A DNA stretch of 64,000 nt from a virus (taxonomy: Duplodnaviria; Caudoviricetes): the IMG/VR virus record IMGVR_UViG_2871846418_000001, positions 7,517-71,516 of that record, one strand, 5' to 3'. The position numbers and the translations under genes were made by a program. Below are positions 54,726 through 64,000 of this stretch, piece by piece. Under the pieces are notes generated by a model that did no database searches, had not been told where the DNA came from, and worked only from the letters and a program-made list of their open reading frames with translations. Each line of letters starts with the position of its first letter. Within the stretch, counting starts at the first letter, position 1.

Positions 54726-56219
54726 ATGAAAAGAAATATCCAAGAAATACAAATTTCAAATTTAAAATTAGACTTGGAAAATGTTAGATTTGGTCAGGAT
54801 ACGGCTAGTAGTCAACATGAAGCCATAGCATTAATGATGAGCTCAGATATTGAAGCAAGAAAAATACTAAAGCTGGCTGAGCACATTTCTACTTATGGAC
54901 TCGATCCGACGGAGTTACAGCTTGTTTATCAAGATGTCGATAAAAAATATATTGTAATAGAAGGAAACAGAAGATTAACCGCACTTAAGTTGATTTTTAC
55001 TCCAGATGCTTGCCCTATTGACAAAATGGTGAGGGATTTTAGGAAGGTGCATGAGAATACTAACCTAGACTCAATAAGTAGTATTGATTGTGGCGTTGTT
55101 AATTCTCGTGAAGATGGCGCAATCTGGTTGGAACTAAAACATACAGGCGAAAATGGAGGTGTTGGTCGCGTAGGTTGGAAAGGTGATATCATCGATGATT
55201 ATAGAGCTCGACAAGGAACATCTGAATCTGTAGGTCGTCAAATCAGGCAGTTTGTCAACGATAACGAAGAGTTCACAGATGAAGTAAAAGATGGCGTAAA
55301 TCAAATCCCTGTTACTTCACTGAGTCGATTGTTCTCTAGCAAGCCTGGCCAAGATGCATTCCAATTGAAAATAGTTAGTAAAAAGCTAACACCAATGGTT
55401 GATATTAATTTTATTGTCCCAGCTCTTGAATATGCCATTTGCCTTTTTGTTCAAGATGGTATGAACGTTGACGATATTTATAACGACCAGGATAGAAAAG
55501 ACTTCATATCAAGAATACCAGAGAATATATTACCTCTTTCACTAAAAGAGAAGGCCGACAAATCTGGAGCTGGAGCTGGAGCTGGAGCTGGAGCTGGAGC
55601 TGGAGCTGGAGCTGGAGCTGGAGCTGGAGCTGGAGCTGATGCCGAAGCTGGAGCTGGTGCCGAAGCTGGAGCTGGTGCCGAAGCTGGAGCTGGTGCCGGA
55701 GTTGGTGGTTTAGATGGCGAGAAGGATGAACCCAAGGTGCGCCCGCGTCCGCCGAGTACAGCGAGAAAATACTTAATTAACTATCCGCTGAGCATTAGTC
55801 AACCAAGAGTGAATGAAATATACAGAGACTTAAAATCTAGGTTGCTAGTGGATAAAGTTCCAAATTCTGCTGCTATTGTTTTTCGAGTTTTTCTTGAACT
55901 GAGTTGTAATCATTATATAAGTTCACAAATGATATCCGGCTCGCCAGTGTTGAGGAGTGATAACAAGAAGGAGTTGAGTCTGGCTGACTCAAATCTTTCA
56001 TTGAAAATACAAAGTGTTGCCATGGACCTAGAATCGAAAGGGATCTGGGGAAAAGGACAATCAAGAGCCATTTGCAAGAGAGCCGCTGGCAGGGATACTT
56101 TGGGGTCAGTAGATCACTTTAATGAATTTGTTCACAGTACGACCAGTTCACCAATCCCGTCGGAACTTAAGGTGGTAGCTGAAGATTACAAGCCACTGAT
56201 TGTGGCGATTTGGGCATAG
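54726..56219 (+). CDS. ParB/Srx-like N-terminal domain protein with Gly-Ala linker and helical C-terminal domain
   Basis: LDLENVRF, YIVIEGNRRLTALK; C-terminal FRVFLELS..FNEFVH. Confidence 0.78.
   Translation: MKRNIQEIQISNLKLDLENVRFGQDTASSQHEAIALMMSSDIEARKILKLAEHISTYGLDPTELQLVYQDVDKKYIVIEGNRRLTALKLIFTPDACPIDKMVRDFRKVHENTNLDSISSIDCGVVNSREDGAIWLELKHTGENGGVGRVGWKGDIIDDYRARQGTSESVGRQIRQFVNDNEEFTDEVKDGVNQIPVTSLSRLFSSKPGQDAFQLKIVSKKLTPMVDINFIVPALEYAICLFVQDGMNVDDIYNDQDRKDFISRIPENILPLSLKEKADKSGAGAGAGAGAGAGAGAGAGAGAGADAEAGAGAEAGAGAEAGAGAGVGGLDGEKDEPKVRPRPPSTARKYLINYPLSISQPRVNEIYRDLKSRLLVDKVPNSAAIVFRVFLELSCNHYISSQMISGSPVLRSDNKKELSLADSNLSLKIQSVAMDLESKGIWGKGQSRAICKRAAGRDTLGSVDHFNEFVHSTTSSPIPSELKVVAEDYKPLIVAIWA
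55566..55694 (+). repeat. In-frame (GGAGCT)12 plus (GCCGAAGCTGGAGCTGGT)3
   Basis: Counted directly; encodes (GA)12-D-(AEAGAG)3. Confidence 0.95.
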
Positions 56220-56282
56220 GTCGGAGATGGCCAACTGGCATTTTTTGTGTTCTAATAGCGTTAAAGTCGAAAGTTCAGGGAG

Positions 56283-57179
56283 ATGCCAGTGGCTGGAAAA
56301 GAGTTCTTCACTCCGTTAAGATATCCTGGTGGTAAGGGGAAGTTTTCTAAATTTATCAAGGACATAATAAAAAGGAACAATCTCCTTGATGGTCACTATG
56401 TGGAGCCATATGCAGGTGGTGCAGGGGTGGCTTTAGAGTTATTATGCACTGAATATGTGTCTACTATCCATATCAACGATGCTGACCCAGCTATATATTC
56501 CTTTTGGGTATCTGTATTGGATCATACAGATGATCTATGCCAGATGATTCGTGCTGTGAGTGTAAACATAGATAGTTGGTATAAACAAAAAGAAATTATT
56601 TCCTCAACTGAAAAACATAGCGTCCTAGAGGTTGGTTTTGCTGCATTCTTTTTAAATAGAGTGAATAGATCTGGTATATTAAAAGCTGGTGTTATCGGCG
56701 GGAAAAAGCAATTGGGAAAATGGAAGTTAGATGCTAGATATAATAAAGAAGATTTGATAAAAAGAATAAAAAAGATCTCCTCTTTTCGAGATAGGATTAA
56801 GGTCTACAACTTAGACGCAGTTGAGTTATTAACGAAAATCGTACCTGATTTGCCTAGCAATTGCTTGATATATCTAGATCCACCATACTATGTAAACGGT
56901 GCGGGATTATATCGTAATTTTTATACGCACAATGATCACGTTGAAATTTGTGATGTATTATCAAATGTTAATCATCCTTGGATTGTTTCATACGATAACG
57001 TTTCTGAAATAAAAAATATTTATCAAGGTTACAAACAAGATGAGTATTTTCTCAGTTATACTGCCCAAGTCAAGAAGAAAGGATCGGAGGTAATGATTTA
57101 CGGGCCAGGTCTTGTTGGTACAAAGTTCGAAAGCAATGTAGAGAATCATAATTTAGACGTTGCTGATATTGACGCATAA
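56283..57179 (+). CDS. D12-class DNA adenine methyltransferase
   Basis: PLRYPGGK, EPYAGGAG, YLDPPYY. Confidence 0.92.
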   Translation: MPVAGKEFFTPLRYPGGKGKFSKFIKDIIKRNNLLDGHYVEPYAGGAGVALELLCTEYVSTIHINDADPAIYSFWVSVLDHTDDLCQMIRAVSVNIDSWYKQKEIISSTEKHSVLEVGFAAFFLNRVNRSGILKAGVIGGKKQLGKWKLDARYNKEDLIKRIKKISSFRDRIKVYNLDAVELLTKIVPDLPSNCLIYLDPPYYVNGAGLYRNFYTHNDHVEICDVLSNVNHPWIVSYDNVSEIKNIYQGYKQDEYFLSYTAQVKKKGSEVMIYGPGLVGTKFESNVENHNLDVADIDA

Positions 57180-57308
57180 CTAAAAATTTTTATATATCAA
57201 GCTTTGTGCTTACAGCATGGGTTGGTAAATCACACAACGACAAATACTGTCTGAATATATAGTAATTTGATTAAATATTGGTGAGTTTCAATAAACAGAG
57301 ATAATTAC

Positions 57309-57500
57309 TTGATTGATATTTCAGATGTTTTTTATGATTTGCCCTACTCTGGAAGAGTAGTTCTTACCTGCGATAATGGCACTATAACTAGTGCTCGGGT
57401 CGTGAAGGAAAACGAGCATATAGCATCAATTAACGCGTTGATTGATTTGGTAAAATCCGCAGGTTATTCGGTTGTAAGGCCTGATGGAAACGCACTATAA
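57309..57500 (+). CDS. Hypothetical phage protein
   Basis: 63-aa ORF before DUF1367. Confidence 0.5.
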   Translation: MIDISDVFYDLPYSGRVVLTCDNGTITSARVVKENEHIASINALIDLVKSAGYSVVRPDGNAL

Positions 57501-57570
57501 TTAACGGGCTGGACTGAACACCCAGCCCGTTCGAATTCTGAGCAACTGCTGCGCTACTGGAGAACATTCA

Positions 57571-58164
57571 ATGGCGCAGTATTCGTACATCAAAGCAGCA
57601 GGTGATTTGCTGGTACCCGCAACTCGGGATGCCAGGGATTTTCTGCGATCCAAAAAAGTCGGCTCTGTTTTATACGTCGATTTCAAACAGGCAAGAAACC
57701 CGGCATTTCACCGCAAATTGTTCTCGTTGCTGAATCTAGGCTTCGACTACTGGCAGCCGACCGGTGGCGCCATATCCACCGCAGACAAAGCGCTTGTGAA
57801 TGGGTATGTAAAATTCCTCGCCTATTACGCCGGCGGCGAAGATGTATTGCAGGCCGCTGCCGATGAATATCTTGCGGATATAGCAGAAAAGCGAGCCGGG
57901 AATATCAGCGCCGCAAAGTCATTCGAAGCTTTCCGGGCATGGGTAGCTATTCAGGCGGGCTTCTACACCAAATACGTCATGCCTGACGGAACCACTCGTA
58001 ATGAGCCAAAGTCGAGCTCGTTCGCAAAAATGGACGACATCGAATTCGGCGAATTTTATAAAGCCATCCTTGATGTGCTCTGGAACTACATCCTGTTTCG
58101 CACTTTCCCCGATCAAAAGCCTGCAGAAAACGCTGCCACCCAGCTGATGGGGTACACGTCATGA
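57571..58164 (+). CDS. DUF1367 family protein
   Basis: ARNPAFHRKLFSLLNLGFDYWQP, SFAKMDD. Confidence 0.85.
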   Translation: MAQYSYIKAAGDLLVPATRDARDFLRSKKVGSVLYVDFKQARNPAFHRKLFSLLNLGFDYWQPTGGAISTADKALVNGYVKFLAYYAGGEDVLQAAADEYLADIAEKRAGNISAAKSFEAFRAWVAIQAGFYTKYVMPDGTTRNEPKSSSFAKMDDIEFGEFYKAILDVLWNYILFRTFPDQKPAENAATQLMGYTS

Positions 58165-58445
58165 GCAAATTAACCAAAGAGGCTCTAGATCGAGAATGCC
58201 AGGTGCGGATCCCCGGCATCTGCAATTTAAACCCAGAAACAACCGTCGCCGCACATTACCGGCTGGCCGGAACCTGCGGCACGGCAATAAAGCCAGATGA
58301 CACGCAGGCCGCGTGGGCCTGCAGCGCCTGCCACGATGAAGTAGACCGACGCACGCGCCTTATCGACGCCAACGACGCCCGACTGATGCACGCCGAAGGC
58401 GTCATGCGCACGCAAGAAATATTGAGAAAGGAAGGGAAGTTATGA
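58161..58445 (+). CDS. DUF1364 family protein
   Basis: CQVRIPGICN..ETTVAAH..ACSACHDEVDRR. Confidence 0.85.
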   Translation: MSKLTKEALDRECQVRIPGICNLNPETTVAAHYRLAGTCGTAIKPDDTQAAWACSACHDEVDRRTRLIDANDARLMHAEGVMRTQEILRKEGKL

Positions 58446-58768
58446 AATTGGACATGTACGAAGTGCTATCCCGTTGGGGCGTGTGGGCGCGAGAAAGTAG
58501 TGGCATTGACTATTCGCCAATCGCTGCAGGCTTCAAGGGACTACTACCTCATCCATCCAATGGTAAACTGTCCTGCTGCGATGACGATGATTTGAAGATA
58601 GACGGATGTGTAGCTAAGCTGAAGAAATATAATCCGGATGAGTATGATCTTATCGTGATGCATCATATATATGGTTTGTCATTACGTAAAATAGCTAAAA
58701 AACTTAAATGTTCAGACGGAACGATTCGTAATAATATGCGAACTACCGAAGGATTAGGAAGACATTAA
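58442..58768 (+). pseudogene. Q: Antitermination Q family protein, probably C-terminally truncated
   Basis: LSRWGVWA, YSPIAAGFKGLLP, SLRKIA..CSDGTIR; ends abruptly in AT-rich DNA. Confidence 0.72.
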
Positions 58769-58869
58769 CTTTTATGAGTAACTTTTTAAATGAAATTGTT
58801 TTGAATTTTTAGGTTTCGTCACTTAATATTACTTTTATCTTAAATTCATGATGATTACACAAGGATATT

Positions 58870-59235
58870 ATGATTATGAAAATAATTAACATAGATAGAA
58901 ATATTAGTAGTGTTGAGAAGGGGATGGGAGATCGTTATTTAGTGCTTGACCAGAAGCCCTCTTATGATTGGATTCAGTTCTTTGAACAAGCTCACAAGGA
59001 ATATTTTTCAATGTCCAAAAGGCGAGCGAAAATTGAAGGGCAATACCTTGTTGTTAATTGTCCGCTAGATGAAATACAGAATCAAATTAATCAATTACAA
59101 GAGCAGCTCGCTACGGCCACGAGGGATTATAATGCGTATGTGGTTCAGCAAAATCAGGACTTTAAAGCACAAGAGGCGGCATTAAAACAGAAGAAAAACG
59201 ACGCTGAAGATATCTTTAAGAACTTAGATTTTTGA
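58870..59235 (+). CDS. Hypothetical moron
   Basis: AAGGA RBS; followed by AACCGCC-TAC-GGGCGGTTTTT terminator. Confidence 0.7.
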   Translation: MIMKIINIDRNISSVEKGMGDRYLVLDQKPSYDWIQFFEQAHKEYFSMSKRRAKIEGQYLVVNCPLDEIQNQINQLQEQLATATRDYNAYVVQQNQDFKAQEAALKQKKNDAEDIFKNLDF

Positions 59236-59531
59236 AAGAAACCGCCTACGGGCGGTTTTTAATGCCCAACACAGAGCATCTATCCAGGTGCTGCGTTATG
59301 CGCAAGAAAATGCTACGAAGAACAAAGTGATTAGCATGATTAGATTGGAATTTTATCCTGTAACGATGAATTAGCCTTCCGGTGTTGACTGAGTGAAAAT
59401 GAGTATCGATATTAATAAATGAAAAATAATTAACATTGCCAAGTAAATTTTTTTAAAATGTTGAAATGATAGACGTGCTGGATTTTTTCAAATGATAAGG
59501 TACAGTAGATTTTTTGATTCTCGTGAGGAAG

Positions 59532-59942
59532 ATGATGCAAACAGATCTAGAATACTTACGTAATATGCTTAACGTCTTTATTGAGTCCAACGAACCTTTA
59601 ATTGCAGCGACTGATATTGATAATGCAGGTTATGAAATTTCAAGTGAAAAAGGTTTATTCCACTATTACCAGCTAATTGAAAGAGGGTTTATAAGTAATC
59701 ACTGTCTTGAAACTGGGAACCCAAAGTCATTAGGATTGGTTATAAGCTCGGATACTGTTACTTCGTGGCCTGCTAACGTGCGATTGACTACAGCAGGGCA
59801 AGAGTTTGCTGAAACACTCCAGCATAAAGATGTTTTTGAAAAGTTGAAACAAATCAGCGATCAACCTTTATCTGTGATTAAAGAGGTAGGGCTAGATCTT
59901 CTCAAAGCATATACTAAGAAGAAGTTTGGGCTTGGTGACTAA
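59532..59942 (+). CDS. DUF2513-like protein
   Basis: DLEYLRNML...RLTTAGQEFAETL. Confidence 0.65.
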   Translation: MMQTDLEYLRNMLNVFIESNEPLIAATDIDNAGYEISSEKGLFHYYQLIERGFISNHCLETGNPKSLGLVISSDTVTSWPANVRLTTAGQEFAETLQHKDVFEKLKQISDQPLSVIKEVGLDLLKAYTKKKFGLGD

Positions 59943-60030
59943 CTACCTCTAATTTAGTGGTAAATAATAAAATAAAGTTACCGGAACTACCCGGCTCGCT
60001 GTGGGGTAGAGGCTGGTGGCTTTTTTTATG

Positions 60031-61057
60031 GAGAACGCTATGTCACAACCGGAAGAAAGATGCCTCGAGCGCGATTACTGTGCCGGTCAACTTTCACTCC
60101 GCGACCTGGCAGAGATATACGGCATCAGTGAAGGGGCAATCAGAAAGCACGCTAAAAAGCATGGCTGGGTACGCAAAGGAAAGAGCGGTACGCAAAAAGG
60201 TACGCAGGTACGCAAAAGCGGTACGCAAAAAGGAAAGGTGCGTACCAATCCCAAAGTCAATATAGAAGCAGTCGCCCCGGATAATGACATCAATCCTTAT
60301 GTCTATTATGGGAATGACGACACACCGGGGCTAGAGCCGCGCAAATACGGGCTCAACTATATGCAGTGCCGTTTCGTGAATGAGTACCTCATCGATCTGA
60401 ACAGGACGGCGGCGTACAAACGAGCGGGCGGGAAGAGCGAAGGCAACACGGCCTATGTCAGCGCTAGCCGCATGTATAGAAACGCTAAGGTGAGCAGGGC
60501 AATCAGCGACGCGCTGGCTGCTCGCGAGCGTCGCACCCAGATAACGCAGGATGCTGTCCTTAAAATGTGGTGGGACATCGCCACGGCCGACGTCAACCAG
60601 ATCACTGAGTACCGCCGGTTATGCTGTCGTTATTGTTGGGGCTCCGGCCACCATTATCAGTGGATGGACGCTGTGGAGCACGAGGAGTCGGCGGTTAAGG
60701 CTAAAGCCGCGAAAAAGCCTGAGCCATCCGACAGAGGTGGTTACGGCTTTGATGTGATGCTGGACCTAATCCTGAATGCCCTCGCTGCAATGGTGCTGGC
60801 GTTGGCCGCGCGCACTTCCACGACTCCCGAGATTTGACCGGCGCCGCCCGGCGGCTTTTCGCTGGCATTAAGGAGGGTAAGTTCGGAATTGAAGTGATCA
60901 CCCGCAATCAGGATGACGCGCTGAAGATGGTAGCGCAGCACCTGGGCATGGTGAAAAACAAGAGCTCAGTGGCCCGGACGGTGGTCCGGTGAAAACGGAA
61001 AGCGTTAATATGACGCCGGAAGAAGCTGCAGAGGCCTATCGCAAGCTGATGGGGTGA
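60031..61057 (+). pseudogene. terS: Terminase small subunit, frameshifted
   Basis: RFVNEYLIDLNRTAAYKRAG; continuation PNPECPRCNG lies in another frame after about 60765. Confidence 0.8.
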
Positions 61058-61114
61058 TTGAGTAGGCGCAACATCAAAGGAGCGCCTAATAGGTACTACT
61101 AATGAGTGAGAATA

Positions 61115-61369
61115 TTATTCAGCTTCAAACTCAGCAATTAACTCTTCGACCTTACTTCTGTGTTGTGGATGTCCGGATAGGAATTCTTCTAGAGAGTACG
61201 TTGAGAAACTTTCTTCCCATTCCATATGAGATACCGGCGTCGAAGTGCCTTCCCTTACTTGATATGTACCATCTTCCAAGCGATCCAAAAAAGTATACTG
61301 CTCATTATCTCTACCGGTGACCTTATAGCTAATTTGCTTGCTACTCATATTGTCAATCTCCGTAACCAT
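61115..61369 (-). CDS. Hypothetical protein inserted between terS and terL
   Basis: 84-aa acidic ORF, reverse orientation. Confidence 0.6.
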   Translation of the reverse strand: MVTEIDNMSSKQISYKVTGRDNEQYTFLDRLEDGTYQVREGTSTPVSHMEWEESFSTYSLEEFLSGHPQHRSKVEELIAEFEAE

Positions 61370-61433
61370 ATGAATTATAAGGTTGTGATTATAACATTTT
61401 TTTGATTCATGGAAATGAAATAAGGCTTATTTT

Positions 61434-62450
61434 ATGCCGATCCCATTCCCGTTCGACTTCAAAAATCCGGATTACACTCAGGTGTTCGAATGGCGGATGG
61501 AGCGCCTGCAGCGCATCAGGACTAATCCTGAATCACTCCCAATCATGAAGGCTTTTTATAAAGACAACCCGGCCCAGTTCCTCATTGATTGGGGAATGAC
61601 GGTTGACCCGCGCAACGTCGAGCGCGGCTTGCCGGCGCGCATCCCATTTCTGCTGTTCCCAAAGCAGGAGGAGTGGATCCAGTGGTTTGTAGAGCACTGG
61701 CGAGCTTCAAAACCCGGCATCACGGAGAAAACCCGCGACATGGGCATGTCGTGGCTGACGGTGGGGATGGCGTCGTCGCTCTGTCTGTTTAACCGGGGCG
61801 TCTTCGCTGGGTTCGGCTCTCGTAAAGAAGAATACGTCGATAAAATCGGCTCACCGAAGTCGCTGTTTGACAAGGCTCGCAACTTTATTGGTTTGCTGCC
61901 GGTGGAGTTTCGCGGCAGCTGGAGTGCTAAACAGCACGCGCCACACATGCGCATCCTGTTCCCGGAAACCGAATCAGCAATGACCGGTGAGGCCGGCGAC
62001 GGCATTGGGCGTGGTGACCGCACCAGTTTCTACATCGTGGACGAATCCGCGTTCCTGGAGCGGCCTTATCTGGTTGATGCGTCGCTGTCTGCCACCACCA
62101 ATTGCCGGCAGGACATTTCAACGCCGAACGGCATGGACAACTCCTTCGCTGAGCGCCGTCATAGCGGCAAGAACGACGTGTTTACGTTCCACTGGCGTGA
62201 TGCCCCTCGCAAAGACCAGGCTTGGTATGACAAGCAGGTAGAGGAACTCGACGCGGTCACCGTGGCACAAGAAATCGACATCAACTACAGCGCATCCATC
62301 GAGGGCGTGCTGATCCCGTCTGCATGGGTGCAGGCGGCGATCGACGCTCACATCGCGCCAACGGGCGTGCGCATGGGGGCGTTGGATGTTGCCGATGAGG
62401 GCAACATCCAGCGCTTTTACGTCCCGTCACGGTTTCCTCCTGGAGGATAA
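61434..62450 (+). pseudogene. terL: Terminase large subunit, truncated
   Basis: [24 protein letters not shown]; breaks right after GALDVADEG. Confidence 0.85.
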
Positions 62451-62659
62451 CCTCGTAGCTTTTTGATGAGGCTGTCGCCGAGCCAACAAATGATACAAAA
62501 TATTGCTATTGTCGATAAAATGGCAAAGACGCGCTGAGTTATCGTGTCGAAGCTAAAGAAAAAATAGATACACAATAGAAACCCAATTCCCCCGATTAAC
62601 TGATAGAAAAATTCAAAGAAAAAAGAGAGTATGCGGATATGGATGCTGTCTTTTCTCAT
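62417..62659 (-). CDS. 2-TM membrane protein
   Basis: Two hydrophobic segments; overlaps upstream gene stop. Confidence 0.65.
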   Translation of the reverse strand: MRKDSIHIRILSFFFEFFYQLIGGIGFLLCIYFFFSFDTITQRVFAILSTIAIFCIICWLGDSLIKKLRGYPPGGNRDGT

Positions 62660-63309
62660 TTCATTTTTTCCTCAATATTTTGCAGCAATCTATTAAACTC
62701 TGCATCCCCTTGGTTTTTACGTACAGCCAAAGCTTCTATGAATGGATCAACATAGGGTTGAACTAAAAAGTATATAAAGTCCAAATTCCCGGCACTTCTA
62801 AGCTTGTAATAAACCGCACTATGCATACGTTCGAGGCCGATTGATTTGTATATGCTTCGCTCTATCATTCCGCCAGCCATCAGCGTGAAGCTTGTAGCTA
62901 CGCCTGTACCTCGAGTAATCATGGCCGCACCGCCTGCTGATATGATGCTATTCACTATCCTAGATGAAATCAGGGAGGTAGTAAGCATTCGGCCGGCGGA
63001 TGCGGAGCCTACGCCCCTAAATATTTTGTCTTGCGTCTCTTGTGGGATGTGCGCGGTGAATGCATCGATGATGATTTTAGTCGTTCTGATAACTTGATGA
63101 TGGTTCAATAAACCGGACTTCATTGCCCGCATCATGCGAATGCGTTCGTCTTCCATCTTGCGACGATTGCTTGTGTCAAAAATACCCAGAGCTAGATAGC
63201 CAAAATCAACAGGCACAGACATTGCACCGTCAAGCAGCCCCACAACTGTTTCTGGGGAGATAATGACTTTTACTATCCGTTCCACTATCTCTGTGTTGTT
63301 CACTTTCAT
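62656..63309 (-). CDS. Hypothetical protein with Gly/Ala-rich hydrophobic region
   Basis: 217-aa ORF with GAGG RBS. Confidence 0.72.
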   Translation of the reverse strand: MKVNNTEIVERIVKVIISPETVVGLLDGAMSVPVDFGYLALGIFDTSNRRKMEDERIRMMRAMKSGLLNHHQVIRTTKIIIDAFTAHIPQETQDKIFRGVGSASAGRMLTTSLISSRIVNSIISAGGAAMITRGTGVATSFTLMAGGMIERSIYKSIGLERMHSAVYYKLRSAGNLDFIYFLVQPYVDPFIEALAVRKNQGDAEFNRLLQNIEEKMK

Positions 63310-63592
63310 CCCTCGAGTTTTTTATGGTTGTAACATAACGGACGTGGGGAGATGTTTCAATGCTTGCCAGTGTGGTCGCCAGAGCGAAAATCACACTTTT
63401 GGATCTGGCGATTACATCCCAACCTGACCTCTATCCTTATTCCCCATCCGCACATATCGCTAATTTAGCCGCACCAAAAGTCATTACGTCATTTATGGCG
63501 CTGATAAGCTCCGGTCATTGCTCCCATCACCGGTTAAATGAGAGTGGCATTATGGGGAATATCAAGGCATTAGGCGTTATAAAAGGAAACCC

Positions 63593-64000
63593 GTGTTGAA
63601 CGATCGGTTGAGCCAGTTGAAGAGGGCGCTGCCCGGTTATCTCGAGGCGTGGCGTGAGGGCGCTTTACCCTCTGACTGGGGGCAGGTGGCTAATCCTGAA
63701 GTGGTTGCCGCCCTGTTGGCGGAGTGGGAGACGCTGAGCGAATTGGCGTCGCTGTTCGAAACCGCGACTGAAACCCCAACCGATCCCGCCGCGTTTTGGC
63801 AGGCGCGCGCCGAGCTGATGGCACAGCGCAATCGTGAGCTCAGTGCCCACCTGGCGACGCCAATCCGTTTGCCCGGCGCACGGGTAGCCTTCTTTGGCTA
63901 TGTGAAAACGGCGGTGATGGACGCCAGGCAGGTGAAGGCGGCAATTCGCGATGCCGGTTTTACCATTGCGGGCGACAGCCAAAATGAGAACACGGCTTAA
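63593..64000 (+). CDS. Ead/Ea22-like protein
   Basis: ANPEVVAALLAE, PIRLP, AIRDAGF motifs; AAGGA RBS. Confidence 0.65.
   Translation: MLNDRLSQLKRALPGYLEAWREGALPSDWGQVANPEVVAALLAEWETLSELASLFETATETPTDPAAFWQARAELMAQRNRELSAHLATPIRLPGARVAFFGYVKTAVMDARQVKAAIRDAGFTIAGDSQNENTA

Larger units (their letters stand above)
53339..62450. mobile_element. Second, degenerate prophage remnant
   Basis: Truncated int, second DUF1367/DUF1364/Q set, frameshifted terS, truncated terL; right boundary approximate. Confidence 0.85.

Noticed and set aside
57247-57262. LexA-like box CTGTCTGAATATATAG
   Set aside because: Mismatch in the conserved CAG half-site and located in a decayed element
60168-60245. Repeated GGTACGCA units
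   Set aside because: Low-complexity GTQK/VR linker within the terS coding sequence

Overview
Positions 1-53338 hold most of a temperate enterobacterial prophage (host probably Serratia-like, inferred only). It has a lambdoid early region (exo/bet, N, cI/cro, replication, rdgC, dam, nin genes, Q, lysis) and a 933W-like short-tailed virion module (terminases, portal, N4-gp56-type capsid, esterase tail fibre, ejection proteins, 2688-aa polyvalent protein). It ends at an att core matching the 3' end of the sdsR/ryeB sRNA. A second, decayed prophage follows (about 53340-62450). The main candidate for an undescribed system is at 17189-18828, minus strand: a 3-TM DUF6338-like membrane protein followed by seven tandem 37-45 aa genes, each with its own RBS, sharing G-x-N-P-x-P-[PT]-x(3-4)-[RK]-P-[AVP]-polyPro-basic tail, and closed by one terminator. 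The ORF track misses six of them and mis-starts one. Other notable items: a start-site motif shared by N, a cII-position gene, rdgC, Q and bet, with an exact antisense copy in the pR' leader; four pR'-like late promoter-terminator units; a CI lacking autocleavage residues plus a LexA-boxed 53-aa ORF; and several candidate defence morons. Family names come from motif recognition and recall, not from database searches.
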